DNA of 64,000 nt from contig NMRA01000382.1 in NCBI GenBank assembly GCA_002633005.1, positions 124,425 through 188,424 on the forward strand. Direction: 5' to 3'. The position numbers and the translations under genes were made by a program. The DNA comes from Phoronis australis. Lineage: Eukaryota > Animalia > Phoronida. Shown piece after piece: positions 1-12,229 of this stretch. The first letter of the stretch is position 1. Every line of letters begins with the position of its first letter. Below the pieces are notes generated by a model that saw only the letters and a list, made by a program, of their open reading frames with translations, made no database searches and was not told the DNA's origin.

Positions 1-609
1 CAACCCCTTGACGTACTACTCAAAATGCCCTGGATTCACGACCTGTGGTAATAGATGTATCATTGCACATTTAACACATTTCATAATCATGTTACGTCGC
101 TGAATGTCTTTCTTATAAGACTTACCTAACGCAAATCTGCTCTGGGTCAACTCTGTTAATTAAATAAAGAATGTGGCGTGAGAACACGATCCGAAATACC
201 TAAAGGGGATTTTGAGCGTGCTTGTGTCGTCTATAACCACCATTTGACACTGAAATCCCTTTTCCTTAATGTTGGTCGATATTTGCTAAGGAGCAGTTGA
301 AACACCCTCCACAAATGACATTTTCGTTGTTAATATACATGTCAAGAACGGAAGAAATTATTCCCAAAACGAACTACTGGTGTGCAATGTGAGCGTTCAA
401 AAGCATAAGGACAGCCTGCAACATCCTCCTCGTTTTAAATATAACGCCCTTGATTTTTAAGTGTAAATCATTCTTGGATAGAACACCTTCGCCCTTACTC
501 TACTCCTAGCGATGGATAGAATTATATATTTTACCACCCTATTGTTGCAAGAAGTTCATCTTTTTGATCACATCACGTGACCTAATTAATATAAGTCCGA
601 AAAGATTTC

Positions 610-688
610 TGACCCCGACCAGGACTCGAACCCAGGACCTTTAGCTAACCGTGCAGACGCTCTAGCCACTGTGCCATGGAGACCACTG
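610..688 (-). mobile_element. tRNA-derived segment (SINE-head-like) with Pol III A and B boxes
   Basis: The minus strand reads ggtctccaTGGCACAGTGGctagagcgtctgcacggttagctaaaggtcctgGGTTCGAGTCCtggtcgggg. It is flanked by a short inverted repeat, ataagtccg (~591) / cggacttat (~709). The cloverleaf is imperfect, so it is not called a tRNA gene. Confidence 0.65.
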
Positions 689-1168
689 TTCAGACACAGA
701 AATCCAAACGGACTTATTAGTGGGCATCTTGCCCATGATCTCCAATGTGTGGGTATTTACAAATCCTACTGTTGACAATAACTATTGGCGGATTTATTAG
801 AACTATATGTTTCTTGGGAAAAACATTAAATCCACCTTTTTGTTTTCGTAAACTGAAAAGCATCTGTTAACTTTTCAAGTCATCATTCAAACTACAGCAG
901 CTCAAATTTAGCTGGTGTAAAATACCCAATGTCATCTAACCGGAAGCCACCAATAACACCCACTAGTGATATAAAATTCGTGCAGTAATGGAACCTATCG
1001 AGTTAGAGGAAACAGTAAGAATAGCATTGCAATGAATAACTCATGCACACAAACGAGAAACACAACATTATGAGTCTCTCATAGTCAAAGTTTTTTTTTA
1101 TATTTTTCATCTAATAGAAGATACATGCAATTCTAAAACCGCTCTGAATTGGTGGCATATTACAAATA

Positions 1169-1533
1169 TTATTAAAAATCTCTTGGTCTATTTACGCCCA
1201 CCTCTAGTCTAATTACACCGTCACGACGTTTCGTTCTGTCTATTCTCACAACATCGTCAGCTGTTCCCGCGTTCTTAGAAGAAGGACTTCGTGGTGTAGT
1301 ACATGTAGTTAAGGTGCTGGACTCGAATTATCTGTAGTTTCAGAAGTCGTGGGTTCAAACGTGCCTAGGACGAAAAATCACACCTTGAGTGTACCATACA
1401 GTATGTATATCCGTGTTCGTTCTTCAAAGAACGTGGGAACACCTGAAGATGACCGGATAATAGACCGACCGAAACGTTGTGGCAGTGTAAATAGGCTACA
1501 GGTCTGTGTGAATAGACCGAGAGATTTGCATAA
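1169..1533. mobile_element. Fold-back element: ~110-bp inverted arms with hammerhead-ribozyme cores around a tRNA-like centre
   Basis: The left arm (~1176-1288) is the approximate reverse complement of the right arm (~1415-1527). Each arm has CTGANGA...GAAACGT. The centre (1290-1370) resembles tRNA-Ser(CGA): gttaaggtgctggactcgaa...gggttcaaac. Confidence 0.65.
1439..1482 (+). ncRNA. Minimal Penelope-type hammerhead ribozyme motif (degenerate)
   Basis: acac-CTGAAGA-tgaccggataatagaccgacc-GAAAC-gtt-gtg, with a possible cac/gtg stem I. The mirror copy on the minus strand at ~1222-1262 reads CTGACGA-tgttgtgagaatagacagaac-GAAAC-gtc. Confidence 0.5.
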
Positions 1534-2062
1534 CTGTTGTAGAAGATAAATGTATGAGCACTAGCGTCGTTTTAAACGTTGATTGACCTATTTGTTGTAG
1601 AAGCATTATTAAAAATCTTAGAAAAGGTTGCCTGTGTAATGACAGTAAGAATGTTATGCTTAAGAACGGCCTCACTCATATGTTCAGATAAAAAACTAGT
1701 ACTCACGGTAATGGCCCCCACATGATTTTCTAAATGACTTGCAACATTGTGTCATTGAGGTTTCAGAAAATGTAACGCACTTTTATGGATTTAAAATGGA
1801 TATCTAAAAGGTTATTTCATGCTAGAAAAAGAAAAAGTGTTAAAATTTCGATCAACAGTTTTAACGACCTTTCTCGCGCAAACCACTACCAGATTTTGCA
1901 CACACCCAGTTACACCAAATTTATAATTCAACTCCCCTATGTCAACCTCCACCTCACCACACAATCTAACTATCACTTAACCAATCTTGATCATTATTGT
2001 ACCTACATGCAAATAGTAACATGTACATTTCTCTCAATGTTTAAATTTGGAATGGCACTGAA

Positions 2063-2066
2063 GTGT

Positions 2067-2110
<44 letters not shown>

Positions 2111-2137
2111 GTGCGTGTGTGTGTGTGTTTGTGTGTG
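2063..2137. repeat. (GT)n microsatellite
   Basis: Directly visible interrupted GT dinucleotide run. Confidence 0.95.
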
Positions 2138-3179
2138 TTTTCAATATATTAACACCCGGACTAATACCCATATTTCTAAGAGATCTACACAGGTCAGGGA
2201 TATCTTGCTGGTTAGCTGCAGTCAAATGCTAAAACTTATTTTGTCCAGTCAAGGGTCGTTGCAGAGGCAGTTTATTGGCAGTTCCAGCCCCCTAGTCTAA
2301 AAGCCACTTCATGTGAAAACACACATGCGCAGGTACTCCTTTTGGAATTAATGCTTAATTCAATTGTGAAAATAAATAATGAAGTGGTGGTTTACAACTT
2401 CAGGTCTTTCGAGGTGTTTGAAACCGGTTAGCGTTACAATTTCGCAAAGCTGTTTTTGTGTAAAGGGTTATGATTAGGATAGGAATGTGTCATCGTGACG
2501 CTAATAAAACAGGGTACAAGTTTTATGATTTTTTCATTTCACTACCAAATAACGATTACTGTTGTTTTTTATAAAGTCACAAGAAGGTGCTTGATACAAA
2601 CGTATTTATTAGCGGTTTTAATGCAGTATAGAAGACCCCAAACCCAAAGACCACAGGTCAGGCGAAAAAACATGATATGGTTCCATGTCGCGGAGGAAAT
2701 AGATTACCTGACGAGAGAGAATGTACAGAGATGACCTAAACAAGAGATCGATGTTGAAAACGTACTTAACGAACAACCTTCGTCAACTTAACACCCCAAC
2801 CATTCAGCATTGATTGAGTACCGTGTGATTGATAAAACTTTTAGAAAGCATCCTAAACAGCAATGATATCGTTTTTACCTATGAAATATGCCCCAGACCT
2901 ATGACAAATGTCATCACAACTATGACAACAAAAAATGACTCTACTGTTGCGACGTCAACACCGACGAATATCCCAGTGTCTTAGTATTGCAAACTGAGTT
3001 CGGTTGTCAGTTTAAGTCACCGGCGGAAAGCCATTTCACCATGTCTTAAGTGGCTTGCAAAATCGAGGGTGCATTTTCAACAACAACTAGGTAGCGCACA
3101 ATATATCGTGGTTGATGCTTTCTAAGTTTCTGAAAACTTTGTCAACCGTAGTGTCGCGGATTGTGTTTTTTTCTGGCAG

Positions 3180-3461
3180 AGACAAGCCTCGGGTGCAAAG
3201 TTGACGTTAAAGGAACTGGCTATAACGGTAAGATTAACTACGCCAGGGCTGGAGAAGAGTGCAGGGTTTGGAGTAGTCCTGAAGTTCAGAGGCACATGTC
3301 AACAAGTGAACGTTTAATGTCTTCTTATAACAGATGGTCAGGAGCCGTGAAACTTTCGAACTTCTGTCGAAATCCGGATAATGAGGAGGGCGGTCCTTGG
3401 TGTTACGTAAAAACACAGGATATACCGTCCTGGCATATTTGTGACATCAAAATTTGTGACG
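3180..3461 (+). CDS. Kringle-domain exon (phase 1-1, 282 nt) of a spliced gene; other exons not identified
   Basis: Acceptor tgtgtttttttctggcAG and donor G|GTAAGT. The translation GCKVDVKGTGYNG...EECRVW...NFCRNPDNEEGGPWCY...WHICDIKIC has all six kringle cysteines plus the YxG, CRNPD and PWCY motifs, and no stops. Confidence 0.92.
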
Positions 3462-6163
3462 GTAAGTTCTAGCACGCCACAGAATATGCAGATTTAGAAG
3501 ATACCTGCCTGTGCATTTGGTATCATCCTACTATTTCAATTCTTACACATATTTCAATTTCATGTACTACTGAAAGATACGTTAAGCTACTCCTATCGTC
3601 AAAGAACACCATTCGTCTGTAGTATACACATTAATTTGGTATCTGCGGTACAAATACATGTACGTCGCCCAGGCACGAAACAAGCTCGCCCGATACGAAT
3701 TCCGTCCTTATAAGTGTAACGTTATCTTATATTATGATACTTTGTCTAATATCTGCATGTGCAGCAAACTTGGTGGAAAATCATATTTTGATAAAACATA
3801 TACATGTATACACGAACGAGAAAATACATGTACTTCCCATAATCACTCGCTCAATGACAAAACGCATTTCAGGGTTAAGCTGACACAGCTTCTAGTTTTA
3901 AGTTTCAATCCCTGTAATTGCACATTACATGTACATAGCAATTTATTGAAATAACTCAAGGAAAATGGCCAGAGTTATGGTGTTTTTCTATGACGATGTA
4001 ATGTGCTACATTGGACACGATAGAGGTTTTAATAGTGTCACAACATTCCAGGGCATAATGTATGTTTTGGAATGGTAGGTTGGATTCTGGAAAGTTCCAT
4101 TATGTGTTTTGATTTTTTAAAATTTCGAGAAAATACTGACAGACCATGAATACCCACGCACAGATTAGAGGCAATGAGTTGGAAAGTTGAAATTGGGTTA
4201 ATAGCCCATAGTCCTAGTTTATCTATATTTCACCGCCGTGGCTACTTTTGGGAGGCAACAGGACCCTTGTATTAAATCCATCTACATATGTTCAAAATCA
4301 ATTTCAAAAAAGTTCCCAACAGTGCACATGCATATTTAGTAAGAAGTTTAATCTAAAAGTTGAAAAAGATATCCTCTAGTAATATGTTAGCAACCAGGTG
4401 TCACTTAAATAATCAGCTCAGTCAGTCAAATGCCAGGGAAATATTGTGTCCGTACCTTTCCACGTCGTCTGCTTCAAGAAAGCATTCATCAGACTAAAGC
4501 CAGCTGATGTCATCCTGCTGGCTTGGCAAACTGTTTTACTTCTACTGTGTACGTTGGACGGTATTGATTTTGGATGGGTGTGCAAATAATTGCCATATTA
4601 TCAAAGGCCAAATCTCGAAAACCAGCAGACATCATTTAGGAATTGAGGAAATCCAATTCAACAGGCAAGTGTCATGGACGCCTAGCACATGCGGGTGAAT
4701 AATGAAATCAAGCCCATAAAGTTAATGAGGGAAGGCAAGCCCACAAAGCTCACGAGAAAAAGCAAGCCCTTAAGACCGGACAGCAGACAGTGACTAAAAA
4801 ACGGAAAAATAGTGTGCCAGCACCACGCAACCTTAACATATTTTGGTCACACGCTCAATAACATTCATTCCACGAGAGCACCAAAAGGTCTACTCTAGGT
4901 GATCGACTCTTTTGTGCTCATACAACGTGGTGAGATATGTTCAAAATTATATTTTATATTGGTTGGGCCAATACTTTTATAGTTAGAGCAATGGGAATAT
5001 TTTGGCCCGAAAAGCCCATTTTCTTTTAAAAAAGTTTTAATTAATGAAGTTGTTTCAAAACGACTTAAAAGAAAGAGAAAGGGAAAACTTTGCATAACGA
5101 TTGTGCAGGCTTTGGACCTCTCTATAAGATGACACTCTTTGCATTTTTAAAGGAGTTTCTGTTGACCTTCCTTAGAGTGTCAAAATTCGCTAATTTTTGT
5201 TCCATTTGAGGTGATCTGGTGGCCATTTTTCGGGGTGTCAGTGATGTCCAATAATAGTTTCCGAGGTTTGCTGTCTTACTAAAATTGAAATAGTAAAATA
5301 AATGGACGTTTTGTTTTGCCGTTAGAAACTACATACCATCGCCTATTTTACAGTGCCTAACTGCGGGAAATAGTATATCGTAAACATCATAAAGGGCTTC
5401 ATTATTTTTTCGAACATGTTTCTATAATGATCAAATCAGATCACATAAATTGTTAGATAATTCTACTAATGCTGGCCCCTGGTGGCAGTTTCTATAACTA
5501 GATACATGTGGTGAAATTTCATGAAATTTTGCCTTAACGTTTCCATAGATGAAAGGACGACACGTGCATGTTTGAAAACGACCAGTCGATATTAATCTAG
5601 CATTCTTTTGCGATTGTTTTGTGGATGCTGTTGTATCTGGCGAAGAGTTTTGATTAATATCAAGACGTCGTTCACATGCTGCATTCTAGGCTGATTGTTT
5701 TCGACTTCTTATTTCTAATTTGGACAAAACCTAATAATACTTACACGCATATCTAACCTGTGCCCAGATATGTCACCTGCTAACTGATGGTATTCCCATA
5801 AGTTGAGTATTGGATTATTTTTCATTTTTACGTGATACTAATTGCTTAACCGATTCCACCCAAAACTGCATTTGTCATTCTTGTCACACTCCATAACATA
5901 AAATTATATCTTTTAAAACATTGGATTCCGGGGTTTAAAACTATCAGCGTAGCTAAGTGAGGTCAATACAAAATTTAATTAATTTATTAAAATATGTTAA
6001 CTTAACTGATCATCACGACCTTTTGCCACAGTAAGTAACTTCGAATTTCAGCAAGTTCGAAATTGGCATAACATTATTGTTACCATGGTAAGCGATTTCC
6101 ATTAAAACGTTCTCTCTAAACTGTAATTTGACAAAAATGATAATTAAACTATGAAGATACATG

Positions 6164-9100
6164 TACAGCACACATCACGAATTTTTGGCCGCCCGGTCGG
6201 AAATTGGTCGACGACTAGCCGTCGACCGGTCGTCTAATTTGCCGACCGGTCGGCTAAAAATTAGCCGACCGGCAGCCGCCCGCAGTGCCGACTCATAAGG
6301 CGACTCCCCAGCCGACCCTTCAGCCGACCCTTCAGCCGACCGGCCATCAGCCGACCAGCTGGTCGGCTGCTATTTTTAGGCTAGAGTAGCAGTTGCGTAA
6401 TAGGTTGTCAGGCTGATACCACTTTGCGTGTCGATGCATATTCGTCTTAGCACAGGGTCAAATAAATTAACCTAGTTTTACTGTCTCGGTTACATGAGTT
6501 CACGTCGGTTGTGTAATACCACTAATTCGAAGGTTGAAGGCAAGCGGTAATAGTAAACATTGGATTATGGACAATGCAACAAGTTTTGGATGAAAAACGT
6601 GAAAGTTTTCTTTACATTTGATCTTTAATTTGACTCGTGACGTTAACAAGATGTATTAGATCGGTTGCTTCCCGGTCAATACAACGCTGTAGTCATTTTG
6701 TAAACGCAGCTATTTTAGCAGTCTTCGCCCGCAGTTGATTTCAAGTTGTTTGTGTAACGCCAAACTGCATCTTTTTGCGTTTTTTTAAGTTAGTCACCGG
6801 TCTCCTGTCACGCGCCCATGATGATGGATTAGTGAGTGAGTTCTTACACCGCGAAAAGCTCTCACTCCAGGGATTTTATTTTCATAGTATTGACCCTTGC
6901 AGTACAGACGCGAAATTCACGGTCCAGTATGCCCTAAACCCACGGACTTCGATGGCTCTAACTTCGAAATCATATTATGGTTACGATTTCCACGAACTAA
7001 GACGGTGACATCACCACTGTTGAGGCTACAGCAAAGTAGCCTTGCGCATTCCGTTTTCAGTGTATCGGTGACGTTAAAATCTGGGCTAGCAGTTACATGT
7101 ATACACGTAGTCCCCTATCAGTTGGTCGTTCACGTTGTTCCAAAAATAAATATTTTCTGTCAACAACATATTGACAAATTATGCAAAATAAAACAATTGT
7201 GAACGGCAAGATGTGAATACGTGGTGAAGAGGTATTTGTCTCTACGCGGCATATGTGCGTGAAACTTTGGTAAAGCGATTGCGATGGCAAAAAATGATAG
7301 AAAATACACAAAGGTGCACTTTTGAGAAGCAAAGCGTCTGGTGATCTTGATAGCGTACATGTATGATCTGGCCACCTCAGGTAGTAAGTGACGCTGAATG
7401 AGAAGTGGTAACTACATGTTTGGCGCGAAAATAAAAAAATCATGCTTGTATTGCCAGCCACCCCCCTCCCCGAATTTTGCACATTCTAATGAGTCACCAC
7501 TCGAGATTTGGTTCCGTTTCAGTCCTAAAATCGCATAATAATTCTGTGCTCAGCTGTAAGAAAAAATACAATTTTTTGAAACGGTGCTCAGTCTTAATAA
7601 AGTTTCCAGCATGAGAGCGCTTTGATCAGAAATGCCAAGCACACGCAGAGTTGTAAGACAGAGACGTTGGCGTTTCCGTATGTCCACAAAAGTGCTTTGA
7701 GCAGTGTGTACAAATTTGTTCATTTCGCTTTTCTGCACTGACGACTATGATCAACACGGTGTTTTAACTACACTTTTGAGTGCATTTTCAAAAATAAATG
7801 TTTGGTTGGTGAATTCAGCGAGTCGGTGCCCACGGGCAGGAAAACGTATCTGCGTAAATAAAGAGTTGCGTTTTCAAAACATTCAGAGCATGAGCTCAAG
7901 GACTACCTGAGACAGAAAATAAAACCGATTACCAAACAGAAACTTGTCCAATGAATATATAGCTCTTGGAAAACTGTTACCCCGAAGAAATGTGCAAAAT
8001 ACGAACGTCGTTTACGAAAGATTGTACCAGAAGTGATTCGTTGCAGTGGAGCCGCACGGGATAGTAAAAACACTGTGCTGTGCACTAGTTACCTGAATGG
8101 AAAGCTGAAGCGGAAAAATCCAGAACACACATTTTCTATTCAGGAATTGAAATCTCTGTAGAATCAAAAACAATTGGCAACCAGGATTTATTGCGTTAGA
8201 AAACTTATCACGCCCGGAGAGAATTGTTTTCATGCCCGGAGACTACGTGATCACCCATTATGCAATGATGACAATCCAGTGTGTACCTATACATTGGCAT
8301 CTATTGTAAAACGTGGATTAGACGAAAGAAATTCAACCGCATTTCGAAGATAATATATCTGTTGTCGGCGAGAGGTTGAATATATAGCCCTTGTTTAGTA
8401 TAGTACGGACAGTATCACTTTGAAAGATCAATGCTTGGGGATGGTGACGTGGTGTTCTGGCGTGAAAGTTACTGACATGGTAAGTTTTTGAACCTGACTT
8501 ATTAAATTTTCAGTTCGGTCGTATTTTATTTTGATCCTGAAGTGAAGAATTTTTGGTCCTCACTTGATAAATTATAGGTGCTGATGTGATAAATTTTCAG
8601 TCTTGACGTGGTGAATTTGGTCTTTATTTGCTCTTTGGTCTTCTGTGTGAAAACAATCTCAATGTATTGGATTGTTTTAATTCCTGCTTAAGTAAAATGT
8701 CTGGTTTTGAGATATTTATTTTTGGTCCTGGAGAGTTTGCATGTTTTGCTTGGTTTTAATCATGCATAGAAAAGATATGTCGTTAAATGTTTCAAATTAG
8801 GCCTCCCATAAATGGGGGGAGAGCAGGTTGTGTAGCATCGTACTATGTAACTTCTAATATAAATCTAGGTGTTCGTGATTTAGTAATACTATGAAAAATG
8901 AGTAGTTATGACTATGAAAAATGAGTAGTTGAGGCTTCTTTTGAAATACTGTATCCTTTGTATATGCCTGGTGTACATGGCTCAGTGTGATATTATCTAA
9001 GCTTTATTATCCTCTATGGCTTAACAACTATATATCTTCATTCATGCCTGTAAAAGAGGTACTCCCAGGATCATCAAGCATGTGTATGTTTTTATTCTAA

Positions 9101-11337
9101 TGAGGCGTGCTTCGAATGTACAATTAGTAATTATACTTTTGCAGTGGTTCATAACAAACGGATTCATTAAACCCAGTAAATATTTTTGCAACTGCTGACT
9201 CTGCATATCAGACGTGCATATTGCATCATACCTCATCAGAGTAAAACTTGTTATCAATCATAGTAGAAAAAATTATTTTTATCATTGCCACAAGACGTTA
9301 ACAAACGCAGTGAGTGTCTGTAACTGTTGTGTCTAGATTGCTGATGAACTAAAGTCGGTCTACATGTATTTCCATTTTTATATCACTGATTCATGCCAAA
9401 GGTTTGAAATTGCGCCCCTTTAAGAGTTTTGACTTGCCCTGTGATCACTAGAATCCGATGCAATAAACTTATAGAAGTTGTTTTTAACCAGTGTAATATA
9501 GCTGAAAATTGTGTGCGTTTTCGTTTGCGAGAGTGTTCTTTTTGAATCAATGGGTTAATCATTTTACGCTCTACATGAAAACACAGACTACTTTTTTAGG
9601 ATTACATGTACCAGGTTACCCCGAAAATATTATTTTCAAAGTTTTACCCCTTGGAGTATACGCGAAACGCCAAGTATTGTGTTCTTACGCGAAAGGGCTC
9701 GGAAGGCTGTAGCCTTGGTGCGAAGCTGTTTACTAAATTAAATATACAAATTTGCGCCATTGTGGGTAAAAACTGACCGAATAAAATCTTCCTAGAGTAA
9801 ACTAAATTATTTACCAGCGTTGCAAAAAATGGTTTTCTACAATTATTCTGCTGCTAAAGTTATGTTGTGATCTTATGCGTCGACTTTCGCCCCAATGAAA
9901 TATTGCGTCACCTTTTAGCCAGTTTCTTTTTCCCAGATTCTTCAATCAAACGTTCTCCCTCGAGGTTACGTAAACGTCACAACAAATGATCAGAATTGGT
10001 TTCACTTCATTATATGTTTTTGGAATTTTGATATCAGTGAACCGAATTTTAGAACAAATTTTGCTGAGATGTGTTCATCATCTAATGGGAGATGTTGAAA
10101 ACATTTTGGAAGTGGCGCGTGTCACAATGAACTTTTTTCAAAACGACGATATACGTTTTTTCGTTAAAAAGGCAGAGAATTACGCAAGAAGATGACGTCG
10201 GATGTTTCTCACTTAAACGGCCGTAACGTGCAACTTGAATGCCAATTGACTTCCAGATTTTGCATGCACACCCGCCAGTCTTGAGCTCATGTTGATACAA
10301 GTTTTTCGACGAGGTGACAAACGTAACTATCCGGGCTGTGTGAAGTATCGAGGTCTGTTTGGTCTCAATAAGCAGTGGCACCTTGCTGTATTTTGAAAAT
10401 AGTCTTCATGCAACTAGCTGGCTACATAGGAAGGCTCTAGTTTCGAAAAGATGTTTTACTGCGAAAGTGACAACAATTTCTGAATGATGATGGATGATGG
10501 ATGACACTATAAACCGATCAGTCTTCCGTTTTCATGCGCCCATGCTTTAATATCGGCGCTATGTTCAAACCATTGTTTATGTTGTTTCTAAAATAAAATT
10601 GGGTTCTATTGCTGTACCAACATATTAAGAAATTATACAGAAATAAGCAATAATTATCTGTGGTAAATCGCAATATACAGCGTGATGAAGTGATCATCAA
10701 GAGCAATAACGGATGAGCGCAAATGCGTGATGCTTGTTGAGCATTCCGCTGCATGAAAACACTTGAGGTCGTGTATTGAGTGTTGTATTCTGATTGTTAT
10801 GCAATTTTACTGTAAATTTCAAATTTCGTGCTTGTTTTTGTGCAAAATGTACTGTATAAAAAGTCTCATATCTAAATTTAGAAATTATGCTTCCGCGATA
10901 TCACTTAACGTTTGATTTTACCACGCCGTCATTAATTCAACATAAAGTTTTAGGCTGGTGTAGTGTCACGCACTTCGTATTTGTAGGTTGATTCGATTTT
11001 ATTTCCTTTCAATTGTTGAACAAAACTTTATAAACCGATGTCAAGACCTGAGTTGCCAGTGGTGAACGAACAGCGAACAGTAAAATGTTTGTTTGGCCAA
11101 AGTTCACCCGTTAAGTCATAAAATGGTAATTGCCGACCAAGGACACGCTTAATCCGAATTGGTCGTCTACGCTAGAAGACCACTTAGCCGACCCAAGTGC
11201 CGACCACAGAGGCGACTCAGTAGACGGCTCCTAGCCGACCGTTGTTGGTCGGCTGCTGGTCGGCTAGACGACCGGTCGACGGCCGGTCGTCGACCAATTT
11301 CCGACCGGTCGGCCAAAAATTCGTGATGTGTGCTGTA
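6164..11337. mobile_element. ~5.2-kb non-autonomous TIR transposon, EnSpm/CACTA-like
   Basis: ~70-bp near-perfect TIR (TACAGCACACATCACGAATTTTTGGCCG...), GCCGACC subterminal repeats, and TG on both flanks (2-bp TSD). An alternative reading is CAG..CTG ends with a TA TSD (6166-11335). A second copy ends CTGTG, which favours YACAG termini. Confidence 0.8.
7889..8067 (+). pseudogene. Tc1-family (DD34E-type) transposase C-terminal remnant
   Basis: Translates as HELKDYLRQKIKPITKQKLVQ*IYSSWKTVTPKKCAKYERRLRKIVPEVIRCSGAA, matching the Tc1-like tail pattern WHELKxYLRxxxKPxTKxELVxGIxxFWxxVTxxxCxxYIxHLxKVxPxVIxxxGxAT. Confidence 0.75.
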
Positions 11338-11934
11338 TGAGGCTCAAGGATTGTGTAAGCTTCAATCCTTATCATTAAAATGTAACCCTTTTCAATCTGT
11401 AAATCAAGTAATATTTTTCGCATTTGTTGTTTTGATATATCTTGAAGCACAAAGTATCGAGTTGCATGTTCTTCAAAAGCACATTTTAACGCATAAAACC
11501 TCTACAAATAAGTCTCCCATTGTGAATCATGATAATATCTCGAAGAAAAGACTTTTCAACAAAAACCTATTTCAAAACAAGTCCAACCAATTCATATTTA
11601 AATAAATACAATATTCATAATAGTTACGACCAAAACACCGGAAATTGTATAAAACTGCTTTTTGATATCACCGTGACCACACAGATAGTTTAACATGCCT
11701 TTCACTACAGCAAAATTTGCCATGTTGTCCGTGAATTATGAGGAGTCTCGTTAACTTACATCTGCGTGCTTATATTTTGGTGTTAATTCTTGGATTGTGC
11801 AGAATACTAGGTAAAGATATGTGTCACTTATGTGTACTGTTATAATACTGATGAAAAGAATTTTAAGCGCTTTTAAACTTCTAACATATGACAATGACAT
11901 CCAAGATGGCCGACCCGATCAAAACAGTAAGAGC

Positions 11935-12137
11935 TATTATACCACAATATCAGCCTCGAATGGCAAATACAACCGTGTAATAACCGATTTAGTTATCTCA
12001 CTAATGAGATAACATTTTGGCTGGAAACCAAGGCCGGTTTCGAACCCGGGCCTCAAGAGTTTCGGTCGCTGACTTTATGATTACACCAATCAGCGGCTGA
12101 CGTCATCGAGCGTGAAAATAGAATACTCAAATGAGCA
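11935..12137 (-). mobile_element. Short element with tRNA-like core and 22-bp hairpin (partial copy)
   Basis: Reverse complement of 27033-27233. Hairpin gttatctcactaatgagataac at 11992-12013. Confidence 0.8.
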
Positions 12138-12229
12138 ATGATCGCATTTTCAACAAGAGCAACACAGGGTGTTGAAATGCGCCCACGAATGCATCGCATA
12201 TGGTGTGCTTTTAGGGTTCTTTATTTGTG

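Noticed and set aside
1785-2300. 171-aa ORF with VCVCVC run (similarly 61088-61619)
   Set aside because: Kept open by microsatellites; no domain signal.
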